Positions 1 through 12,030 of a stretch of DNA of 64,000 bases are shown here, in pieces. Position numbers and translations under genes: made by a program. The stretch comes from Antedon mediterranea (Eukaryota > Animalia > Echinodermata): contig NC_092675.1 of the NCBI RefSeq assembly GCF_964355755.1, positions 30,476,912 to 30,540,911 on the forward strand, given 5' to 3'. Numbering within the stretch: the first letter of the stretch is position 1; each line of letters opens with the position of its first letter. Below the pieces are notes generated by a model, which saw only the letters and a program-made list of their open reading frames with translations, searched no databases and had not been told where the DNA came from.

Positions 1-311
1 TGTAAAACATTAATTTATTTCTAATCTCCTGATTTGTTTGTGGATTTTGAGATCAAACAACGATTACCTATAATTATGTAGACATAGACAACGTATCGTA
101 AATTATGTCAAAACAGCTTCAGTAAACTAATTGTTAAAATTGAGCATTTATTATTTCATTTTTTAAAAGAAAAAAAACCCATTATGATCATGCTTGATGT
201 TGTCGAAAGCGACCTCATTTAAACGAGAAAAATATAAAATATTTACTTGATTGGAAGAATGATTGGAATCAATAGCATTAATACATACAATTTGAGCAAG
301 GTGTTACAAAC

Positions 312-3300
312 CTTTTGGCATACAGCGGACTCCAGCATCATTTTGGTGTCCGCACGATGACGTCAGAACACTATGGCCACACAGATGTAATCGTGGCTCA
401 GTACCAGTACATTGAACACTAGTGAAGTGGATCGGACCGACTCCTTCACCAAATTTAGATCCAGTCACGGCAGAAAGAGCATCCGGGTAGTCTAATTGAC
501 GACAGACGACTTTTGCATCTTTCTGGTCCCATTCGTTATCGCAAACCGTACCCCATTGACCGTCCTTAAATACTTCAATACGGCCCTCGCTTTCCAGGGT
601 GCCTCCTCTAAATCGAAGGGTAGCTGTAGGAAAAAACAAACATTGTAAATGTATTATGTGGCAATCATTGGATGAATAGGTCTATACGAATACATGTCGG
701 AACATTATTATCTGTTTTGCCCTACATCTATATTATAAGTGAGAGAGTTTGTTTGTTTGTTTGTTTGTTTTTTCGTTATACAAATTTGTGTTACTGCACG
801 TAACCTTACATATTGAGCATCAAAATTACCGCAATTGTACCGGGAAGGTTCTAAACTACATTTGAACATCATCCACCATCTTGGATCCAAGTTAGGGGCT
901 GAAATGTGGTCAAAATGGCCCACTTTTGATGTTTGTTCGTTATACAAATTTCTGTTCCTGCATGTAACCATACATATGGGTTATCAAAATGATCGCAATT
1001 GTACTGGGAAGGTTTTAAACTTCATTAAAAAAAAGTCCGGGGATTTGGTTGGAGAGGGGGTGGAGGGTTGGGAGATAGGGTGTGAGAGTTGGGGTTCAGG
1101 GTATAGTGGGATTTTGCTTAGGCTAGGGGTAGTAGGCTATCAAATTGACCAGAAATGTGGTAGGAAATTATTAAAGTATTTTAATTATCACTGGGAAGGG
1201 GATGGGAGTTTGGGGTGGGGATGTAGGCCTATCACCATGACTGAAACTGTACTGGAACGGAATGTTTTGATTATGGGTTGGGAGTGATGGCTAACATTAT
1301 TTGTACTGGAACTATCTTAAACACATCACCCAGTATCTGGGGTGTGTTGGGAGGGGGAGGAGGAGCGAAAATACTGGCGTAATGAAGTAGCCTATGATTT
1401 TAATTGTACTAGGAAGATTACTACATTTGAACTCTTCAGGAGAGGAGTTTGTTGATTGTGGCTGGGATGGTAAAAGAAGAAAGAAGGCTGGGGGACCGCA
1501 GTATCAAAATGAGATATTTTAATTATCAGCCAATATGACACCTATTCATTTACACAGATTACAACGTACTTAAACCATAGGCCTATCAGACCCCACTCAT
1601 TTTGAAGCTAACGTTTAATTGAATTTGTTTGTTTTTTTTTCAAAAAGAGTGTGGGGTGTTATTGAAGAAAGATGGAGGTTGATGAGTATATAGTGCATCG
1701 GGCTTTATGTACTGAGAAGGCTTCTCAACACTAATTTTGAAACCCGCCCTGGGGCGGGTATTATTGCTAGTATATCTATATTTATAAAAAGATTTTCTTA
1801 CAAATTCCGCAAACCACGCCAGCGTCTTCTTTATGACTACAATCATGTACATTCAAACCATTGTTGTCACAATCAAGGATATTGCTCTCTGATCCAGAAC
1901 ACGCTACATTATCAAGCAGGATGGGTGAGCCAGCATTCCCTTCACCATATGTGGCACCATTTGGAGCCTGAGTAGCATCTACATACCCTAGCTGACGGCA
2001 TACTACTGTCGCATCATGTATATCCCAGAAATCGTCACAAATCGTTCCCCATTCGCCGTTGTAGTAGATTTCAACACGTCCTTCATATTGGTCTGACCCA
2101 CCAACGAGACGAACATCTTGGTTTAAAAAAAAAATCATTAATTATCAAAAGTTACTGGAACACTAACTTCGTTTGTCATGATTTCAAATTTATATGTTAT
2201 ACATACACACAAAATGAAACTTTTTTATAAAATTATAATTCCGATTCTGAAAAAAAATATTACCAATTCAAAATATTAAATATGTGCAGATATTTGTATG
2301 GCAGTATGTTGAGCCAGACCTTTTCTAATTTTGTTATCGTTAGATTTCCTTTGGTGTCATATCATAATACAATATTTGTGACCATCTTACATTACTAAAT
2401 ACTATAAGTAGTTCAGAGTATTATCTTACAATTACAAATCACGCCAGCATCTTCAGAATGACCGCAATCGTGTACATTCAAACCACGGCTGCTACAATCA
2501 AGGATATTGCTCTCTGATCCAGAACACGCTACATTATCAAGCAGGATGGGTGAGGCAGCATTCCCTTCACCATATGCGGCAGAACCTGGAGCTCCAGTAG
2601 CGTATAAATACCCTAGCTGACGGCATACTACTGTCGCATCATGTATATCCCAGAAATCGTCACAAATCGTTCCCCATTCGCCGTTGTAGTAGATCTCAAC
2701 ACGTCCTTCATATTGGCCTGACCCGCCAACGAGACGAATATCTTGGTTTTAAAAAAACATTAACATATTGCACTCACGTATAAATATTGTTGATACTTTT
2801 TTATTTCAAATTTTCACTAAGTATAATACCAATATTCAAAATACTGTAATAATAGAATTGTTAGTAAGTAATAATCTAACAATCATTAGATATAACCTAC
2901 ACTGTGTGTGTAAAAGTGTCCATTGTTTGGTTTACAATATCTAATAACAGTCACCTATTATAGTAGGCATATTTTAAAACAATCTTAAACGCAAATAAGG
3001 CCCCAGAAAACAATTGAACAAATATAATTACTCGTGTAATAGGTTTAAATTTATGTTTAGAATCTTTGATTAAACTAGCTAACTATACACACTAAACTTA
3101 CCTGTTTTTACCGCATCAAGCATAACAATAATGGAAAAGCCCACACAAACTTACCTGTTTTTACCGCATCAAGCATAACAATAATAGAAAAGCCCACACA
3201 AACTTACCTGTTTTTACCGCATCAAGCATAACAATAATAGAAAAGCCCACACAAACTTACCTGTTTTTACCGCATCAAGCATAACAATAATAGAAAAGCC

Positions 3301-4728
3301 CACACAAACTTACCTGTTTTTACCGCATCAAGCATAACAATAATAGAAAAGCCCACACAAACTTACCTGTTTTTACCGCATCAAGCATAACAATAATAGA
3401 AAAGCCCACACAAACTTACCTGTTTTTACCGCATCAAGCATAACAATAATAGAAAAGCCCACACAAACTTACCTGTTTTTACCGCATCAAGCATAACAAT
3501 AATGGAAAAGCTCACACAAACTTACCTGTTTTTACCACATCAAGCATAACAATAATAGAAAAGCCCACACAAACTTACCTGTTTTTACCGCATCAAGCAT
3601 AACAATAATAGAAAAGCCCACACAAACTTACCTGTTTTTACCGCATCAAGCATAACAATAATGGAAAAGCTCACACAAACTTACCTGTTTTTACCGCATC
3701 AAGCATAACAATAATGGAAAAGCTCACACAAACTTACCTGTTTTTACCGCATCAAGCATAACAATAATAGAAAAGCTCACACAAATAACAATAATGGAAA
3801 AGCTCACACAAATAACAATAATGGAAAAGCCCACACAAATAACAATAATGGAAAAGCTCACACAAATAACAATAATGGAAAAGCTCACACAAATAACAAT
3901 AATGGAAAAGCCCACACAAATAACAATAATGGAAAAGCCCACACAAATAACAATAATGGAAAAGCTCACACAAATAACAATAATGGAAAAGCTCACACAA
4001 ATAACAATAATGGAAAAGCTCACACAAATAACAATAATGGAAAAGCCCACACAAACTTACCTGTTTTTACCGCATCAAGCATAACAATAATAGAAAAGCC
4101 CACACAAACTTACCTGTTTTTACCACATCAAGCATAACAATAATAGAAAAGCCCACACAAACTTACCTGTTTTTACCGCATCAAGCATAACAATAATGGA
4201 AAAGCCCACACAAACTTACCTGTTTTTACCACATCAAGCATAACAATAATGGAAAAGCCCACACAAACTTACCTGTTTTTACCGTCTCAAGCATAACAAT
4301 AATAGAAAAGCCCACACAAACTTACCTGTTTTTACCACATCAAGCATAACAATAATGGAAAAGCCCACACAAACTTACCTGTTTTTACCACATCAAGCAT
4401 AACAATAATGGAAAAGCCCACACAAACTTACCTGTTTTTACCACATCAAGCATAACAATAATGGAAAAGCTCACACAAACTTACCTGTTTTTACCGCATC
4501 AAGCATAACAATAATAGAAAAGCTCACACAAACTTACCTGTTTTTACCACATCAAGCATAACAATAATGGAAAAGCCCACACAAACTTACCTGTTTTTAC
4601 CACATCAAGCATAACAATAATGGAAAAGCTCACACAAACTTACCTGTTTTTACCGCATCAAGCATAACAATAATGGAAAAGCCCACACAAATAATTCTGA
4701 ATGCCGACATAGTCCCTAGGGGTGACAT
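312..4728 (-). CDS. Paralog C (5' part only) of the SRCR/Tie-like receptor tyrosine phosphatase; continues beyond the left window edge
   Basis: Signal-peptide exon 4644-4728 ([28 protein letters not shown], donor CAG|GTAAGT). Phase 1-1 SRCR exons at 2430-2741, 1802-2116 and 312-623 ([22 protein letters not shown]..EDAGVxC). Exons and introns closely match the 5' end of paralog B. The PTP domains are not in the window and are inferred from paralogy. Confidence 0.85.
727..1770 (+). mobile_element. Non-autonomous Helitron (~1.04 kb) in an intron of paralog C
   Basis: Starts A|TCTATATTATAA followed by (GTTT)n. Ends with the GC-rich hairpin ACCCGCCC-TG-GGGCGGGT (1742-1759) and then CTAG|T. No TSD. 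Absent from the equivalent intron of paralog B (~23930-23970). Confidence 0.85.
3095..4690 (-). repeat. 53-bp tandem minisatellite made of the 3' half of exon 1 plus its splice donor (25 donor copies), with an internal 10 x 27-bp sub-array
   Basis: Minus-strand unit GGGCTTTTCCATTATTGTTATGCTTGATGCGGTAAAAACAG|GTAAGTTTGTGT. The plus-strand 'cttacctg' recurs every 53 bp from 3097 to 3733 and from 4056 to 4639. The 27-bp unit (CVSFSIIVI) lies at about 3780-4050. Confidence 0.95.
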
Positions 4729-5937
4729 GATGTGCTCAAATTGTCCTCCAATTCAACTAATATTTCGTAATGTTCTGACAGGAGGTGCGGGAGCGATAGG
4801 ATAAATGTGATGAGAATTGATATTTGATCGAAAGTGAGTATTGCTAAAGATTACCAATACTATAGTGGCCTAGGCAATACTTATGTAGAGGAAGTTTTTA
4901 GAATTAACACACTTATTGCTTATTCTATATTTTGTTTTATTTTAATGACACGAAAAGTAATATACACCAGGAACTATAATAATTTGATATTGGTTACGGT
5001 ACTATATTAAAAACGTGGCATTAAATGCTAGGAACTATAATTTGATATTGTTACAGCTACCTCCTCTACTAACACTTGGCTGCTCTTGATAAGCGGATAT
5101 CATTGGATACTACATTGAAACCATCGAGTTTCCACAAAATTTCCTTGTGATCATACAAGTAAAGCGTTATAATTATAATATAATATAAATATATACTAAC
5201 AATGTTGATAAAAAAAGAGACGCATTTATATACTAATCATTCAAACATTAACCATTGTTAAAAAATAATATGGAATTTATATAAAATATTTAGTTCCATT
5301 TGATGATATGACATAATAATCAATGTCTATGTCGCATGGCTATAACTGATGTTGCTGTTCAAAGCAAGCAACTCATTTTAAGATGATATTGAATTTATGT
5401 TTTTTTGATCCAATACAAAAGTATTACAGACGTTACGTTGTCTGGGTATGCTTGCGTATGTAACAGACGATTTACTGACAACATATTTCTACCATATGCA
5501 AGCCAGAAGTTGGGATGAGATTTGAAATATCTTAATTTGTTTCGTTATTAAAGTTCTAGATAATACATTCTACCTTAAAAAATAATAATTGTTATGTTAT
5601 AGTGTGAATATACAGTAGAAGAACTATTAAACTTGGGTTTTACTGTTTACTACTGCTTTACTATAGATTCTACTATCATCTACCATTTAACCTTGCTTGA
5701 GACTATTATATAGATATTACTATCATCTAACAACACTATAGCAACCATTTAACCTTGCTTGTAACAATTACGAGTACTATCTTGTAAAAAGTACTGTACT
5801 GAATTTAATAATTTCAATTTGATAGTAGTGTTGCTTTAAAACATTGGAATATTAATATCTTAAAATATTGTTATTGATAGTCGATAATACAAACGGTATT
5901 ATACAATCATGATTCTTTTTAAAATTCTAATTAGTTG

Positions 5938-8900
5938 TTATTGGAAGTTTCCATAGGTTTCGAACGAATCAAGGTAGTACTGTGCCGTCTCGTAGCATGA
6001 CTTGTATTGCTCCTGTAAAGTAAACGTAACATTATCTATAGGCCATGTCATTACAAATACATCGTTACCATCAATTGTAAAGTAAATGTAACATTAGCTA
6101 TTATCATCAACTTCCATTGTTATTCTTTTCGTTGTCATCCATATTAAAATCTTATCATCACGGTAGTCATTTGACATTGTTATCGTTACATGAATATTCC
6201 TTTTACAATCCCATGCCATGTTAATGCCTGGTGTGGATACATAATTTATCATTCTAACATTAACAACACTCCCCACGCTCCCACATTTACCATCACTGTT
6301 AATAAAAGTCTTCATTGATGTCATCACGATCGGAAATTTGTTTGTCATCATTCGTCATTAGTATTTAGTAATATTACCTTAGACTTTATCAAAGACGGAC
6401 AAGTACTTTTAATCCGTTTGATATTCTGAAAGACGTCAACGATGGCTTCTTCATTAATCATCTGAATGATCGAGTCTACTGCGCAGAAGTATCCACATCG
6501 ACTCCTGCCATCTCTGTGGGTGAATGCAAAGAACATTTATCATAATATTTCAAACCATCAATGCAGTGCATGACTGATGACTGATTTAGCAACATCCCAT
6601 TTCTAAATGCTTTTGCCGTATCGAAATAGGAAATTAAACAATATTGTACACAAAGGTCTTTAAAGGCGCAAAGTCAACCAATTACACAATTATTTACTTA
6701 TTACTTTATTTATATTATTAACAGATATTCAAAATCTTGTATGCGCACTTGTTGATGGCGTTACTTATACTATAGTCAAATATCATTCGGCTCCATCCAC
6801 ATTAAGGTCCTAATTAAAAGATCTTTCAGTTGTTGAAGTAATTTGGCCCGCTTGTAATAATTATTTAATAGTTTATTTGTTGTTTTTTTTTATTATTATT
6901 CTTGTTTGACACTTACAAACAATGAACAGCAACGATGTTGTGTTGATTCATTCGTTTACACTTATCAACATCGGATCGTAGTTGCAAAAAAGATTCCACT
7001 GAAGTAGGCTTTCCTGAATTATTAGGCCAATCACAATATTGAAAATGATGTATTTCCCGACGCTTTTGTTTAATCTTGGGAAATAAAAATATTGTTAGAA
7101 AATAAAATTTAAAGCAACCAGGTGTAAGAAAATGTTTAACATTTACTTGGATAGTTAGATAATACTTAAACAGTAAATGCAATACGCATCCAATGGGTAG
7201 GCCTACCTTTGATAAATGCAATGTTCGTTTTATGATACAACCATGGTGTTCGCTTGAAACAAGTTGAACAATAAAGGGGCCGACGATTGTTTTAACATTA
7301 AACTCTTGTGGAAAATAAGCACCGATCGTCTGAATAAATAAATATACTAATTTATTCAAATTACAAAATAGAAAAATAAATACAATAAATAATATTATGT
7401 AATAAATATTATTATTCTGGGAAGAATGATAGTCGACATAAAACAACAAACATGATATAATTCCATATAGAAAGCAATGGTCTTGTGTTAATCTATCTAT
7501 TGATTTAGAAAATAACCTCATTTTTGCAATGCCTTTATAAAAACCTTTCTAAAAATACATGTTTATATTTATTACCTTATCATTGGTGTCTTCGTTGTTT
7601 AACATTACAATGGTATGCAAATTATATTCATAAATTAATCTCCAAAAGTCCGACACTGTGTTTGGCATCGGTGCTTGCGTCACAACATACTTATTATCTT
7701 GTAGTCCGTAGCCCTATATGATATAACATGATAGGCTCGTATCTGATCAATTATCTTACATTAACAATACTACAGATGATGTTCAAGACATTTAGATTAT
7801 ATTGATACATTAAAACGCCATAATGTTGTAACACTGCACTGTGTAGTGTTGGATAAATAAATTGAAGATATAAAAAGTGCTTATTTATGTTGTGCTTATT
7901 ATTTATACATTTTCACGACGTTCAAATATTGTTTTTTCCGTGTAGAATGTTTACATTTACTCAAACAGTTGTATTCAGTGGCCAATATACAACTAAGGTT
8001 CCAAATAAAAGTGTGTACTGAAATACATTATATAAATAAAATACATTCTGTAGTCATTAAGTTGGGTCACTGAATGTCTCTCTTCCATTAAGATATACTT
8101 ACTTTACAAAACGAAGCATTAATATAATCGTTACGATCCCCATCTGTAGATAATAGAAAAGGTATCGCATTGTCCACTGAAATATAAAATAAAACTGTAC
8201 AATAATTTGCCATCTTCACCACATTAATCCCCAGTGGGCTAGATTATGAATATCATAATCATCATTATTATTCAGCATCAGTCGTAATCCTCATTATCAT
8301 TATCTTGTTTTTTGATCAACAAAATATAATGCAGGTATAAGTTTATCATCATTATTATCAAGATTATGGACATCACCACCAAGAAATTGAATTACCATTT
8401 GTAGACATTTCTTTCTTTTTCAATCTGTTTTAATTTCACAAATAATTTGAAAATCACAAGAAATGTTAATCGATTTGAAATAAATATTGAATTGAATTTT
8501 ATTGATACGTACACGGTACTATACGTGGATATCTGTTCTTATTGACGTTTGCATACTTAGTACCTATGCGAGTTGCATCAGGCGATGGAAGCGGTGACAG
8601 CGCATCCAGGACCTTTAATAAAAAAAACAATCGACATTTTTTTGGGAAAAAGCATCACAACATTATTTCTTATTATTGTTGTTTTATAAATTAGTATTCT
8701 AATTTCAGTTTAATAGTAACCCTTAGTAATATATATTATCCGAATACTGCAGTTGATTGATATATTACTCACACTCTGCTGTTCCTGTAATCGTTTTCTT
8801 CCAAGTCGACTATTGGTTTCTTTCAATTGATTGAAAGAATTCATGAATGCCCCTGTTGGTATATGAGTCGGTTCACAAAATAAACTCTCCAAAATAGTCT

Positions 8901-11900
8901 CGTAAATAAACACATACTGTTCCTAAAATGAACAATTTAGGTTTCCTTTTTAATTGTCTACAAACATAGAAATAATAAACCTGTATAATATTCCAAAAAT
9001 GTCTAGTAACTGAAAAAAACAACATACTACTCAAGCCATAGTCGTAAGAATCTAAATCATAAATATAGAGATCTAGTACAGATATAAAGGCAGTGTGGCA
9101 TACCTCTGTCAAAGAATATCGATTGATATAGTATTGTGGTTTGTATTGTTAGTTGTACAATTACAGTTGTTGACATTCACTTACCTGTGTTTGTACCATA
9201 TTAAGCTTGTTTTCTCTCATTTCTTTCACAAAGTTGTATACATCGATTTTATCCTTTTCTTCAGCCATGTCCAACATAGCATCAATGGTTATTACTATAC
9301 CAGTCCGTCCAACGCCATCACTTATAATAACAAAAATCAAATCATTTTACTCTTCCACATTAATATTCACTGCAATGCCTTTAATACTTTTAAATAATAC
9401 TTTTAACAACGAACTATGACAATGATATGTAATTAGTTTGCCGACAAGTTTTTAAAAATTCGTAATTTAAACTGAAAGTTTGTTGCCGTGTGTTTTTTTT
9501 TCTACAAAAAAATTATTTGGAAATGTTTCATTTGGTAATATTAGCATTCTTTAAGATAATTATTAGAAAGATAGAAATTAGTGTATTTCCAATCTCTTTA
9601 AATGATATACAACTACTTTAAAATAAGTCTTGTCTTTACCTGCAATGAACTATCACTGGACCAAGAGATGTTTTTGCATCTTTTATTTCATAAATAAACT
9701 CAAGTAGAGGTGCTGGAGATGTAGGAAGATGTATGTCCACCCATGCGGTGAATTGGTAATGTCGCACAAATTTCTCTGCTTTGTTCTAATTTTGTTAATA
9801 ATAACATTCAGTCATCTTTAGGTATACCTTCAATTCATTATTTAGTTGGTACTAATTCGTATAATTTACCTTTAGATCAATATACTTACAGCAATATGCA
9901 GAATAGTAAGCCTGTCTACTAGCAAACGTTAAGTTTGCAAAAACGGCCGAACTCGAGGTTTGCGCAGACAAAGGTTTCCTAGTAAAGCCGAGGCTAAACT
10001 AGGAAATTTTAAACTGTGAGTTTACTTGTTCACCCATATCTTCTTCTACACACGCGCACTGCACTGTCCTCTCCACGATTCTGGGTCTGTTTTAACGTGT
10101 TACTCCTGGTGGATGTTGCAACTCTCTCATTTTCTCTTTCTGATTATGTGAACCATCGAATTAGTATCGACTGTTATATGGGTTCTGTTAGATTTCCGGA
10201 TTGTATGTATTTTCATGTTGCCGAAACACTCGAGTAGATGAGGTATGGCAACCCCAATTATCACATCCGAAACTGTTACCATAAGACAGAAATAAAAAAA
10301 TAAAATACTTACTATTTTCAACCTGAATGTCCTAATGGTGAAATTTCTATTTACATTTTCGTTTACATTCTGAACAAAAATATCACCATATTTATTTGTT
10401 TCTCCTGCTTCAGGCCAGTACTGTATACATTTCATCTACATAAATAAAAATATACAAATAAACGCATAATATTAATTGGATGTTATAGCTTAATAAACTC
10501 AATAATAAGAGCAATAGGTTGCCACTGTGAATAAAGGCAATAGTGAATCATGTGACCTTACCTTATGTTTCTCCACTAGATTTGTAACCATAACAATGAT
10601 ATTGCTTTCTTGCCAAACCATTCTCCAAGTATCATTCACGCTTGCTTCATTTGGACCTGTATGTATTTAATGGCATCATTTAATATGTATAACATTTGGA
10701 TCTGTATGTATTTAATGGCATCAAACGTTTTTAAATGTATTTTAAATATGTAAAATAGTATGATATCTTAATTTCATTTCTATTCAAATCGGTAATTATT
10801 CTTGAAATGCATATTTATACATAATAATATTTTTTAAATACCTTGAGATGCAATGTACGCTTTAGGATTGTCTTTAAACTGTAAGATAAATTTTAAAATA
10901 AAATCTTTATTTCATGAATAATCATACTCAAAGACGCTTTAAATAGCATATTATTACCCAGGTCATTTTTTTTATCAAACACGTATGGAAACATAATCCA
11001 ATAATACAGCTAGTAATCAGCGCAAAGCTGTGTCTAACCGGCTACCCATTTTATACACCTGGGTGGAGAAAGTAAAGTATCTTGCCTAAGGATACAAGAA
11101 ATGTAGCAAGAGTTGGATTAGAATCATGATCTCACGATCATTCATCCAACGTCTTATGAAAAATGAGTGATCCAAACTTATTAATAACTTGTTAATATAT
11201 AACAACTTTGTTTTAACCTTGATATATGAAGCGTTAATATAATCGGATTGACCATCATCAATGTCCTTTAGAATCACACGTGAGTGGTCATCTAGAAGAA
11301 AAAGAAAGCCAAATGGTATTACTCAGTAATGGTATCATCACGGGACACGCATTTGACGTATAATAATGATATAAATGTAAGAACAATTATTAAAATAACG
11401 TTTTATCATAAAATAATAATGTTATCTAATCTGCAGACCGTAATACTGTTTCGATCTTAATATATTTATTTTATCAAAATGCACAATTTCACTTACTGAA
11501 TTCATATTGTAAAAGTTATAGATATAATAACTTACACGGTAAGATGTTTCTAAATCTATTCTTATTCGTGTTGTTATACTTATTAGCTTCGGTGCATGGA
11601 TATAAAAGTTGGCATCCAATATCCTATGTTTTAAAAGGAGCAAAATGTAATATAAAAAATAAACATTACAGATAATATATTGTGTTTGTTACATTACATG
11701 TCATTATAAAAGAACCTAAAACCAAAATATACCGTACAACAAATATCAATCAATTTTATAGATTTTAACCAAGCAACTAAACTCACGTCAAACTCTTTTT
11801 GAAAGGTTTCAGTTTTGTGGTCTTTTCGTTTGCGGACGTACCCTTGAAGATCGTGCAAACGTACTGGCTGATAGCGGGTTTTTAGTTTCGATTTTGACAC

Positions 11901-12030
11901 AGATTTCTGTGATGGTATTGGTGTAAGTTTCGGCATAGGATTTGGACCAGGTTTCAGTGAAGTCATAGGTTTCAGAGTATTTATTTTCGGGTTAAGTGAA
12001 TCATCTCCAAGTTCATTTTCGTCGGAATCT
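5938..12030 (-). CDS. Tandem PTP domains (D1+D2) of paralog B
   Basis: Exons include 11536-11623 (KNRF), a 37-nt exon at ~10842-10878, ~9640-9785 (WVD...HCS), ~9185-9320 (DGVGRTG), ~8511-8612 (KNRY), ~6918-7074 (WPN...HCL), ~6379-6513 and 5938-6012. All are GT-AG and phase-compatible. Confidence 0.92.

Noticed and set aside
835-1287. 150-aa plus-strand ORF (and 708..971 minus)
   Set aside because: Lies in the G-rich interior of the Helitron, with no Rep/helicase or other recognizable motif.
3752-4084. ORFs 3794..4084 (+, MEKLTQITI repeats) and 3752..4054 (-, Cys/Tyr-rich)
   Set aside because: These are alternative frames of the 27-bp repeat, with no independent evidence of coding.
3095-4690. 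CRISPR-like appearance of the 53-bp arrays (also 26641-27545)
   Set aside because: Units are contiguous with no unique spacers, there are no cas genes, and the unit is a eukaryotic exon end plus splice donor.
6094-6351. Intronic ORF with a counterpart at 29372..29617
   Set aside because: Lies in the duplicated last intron; start and end differ between copies and there is no domain signal.
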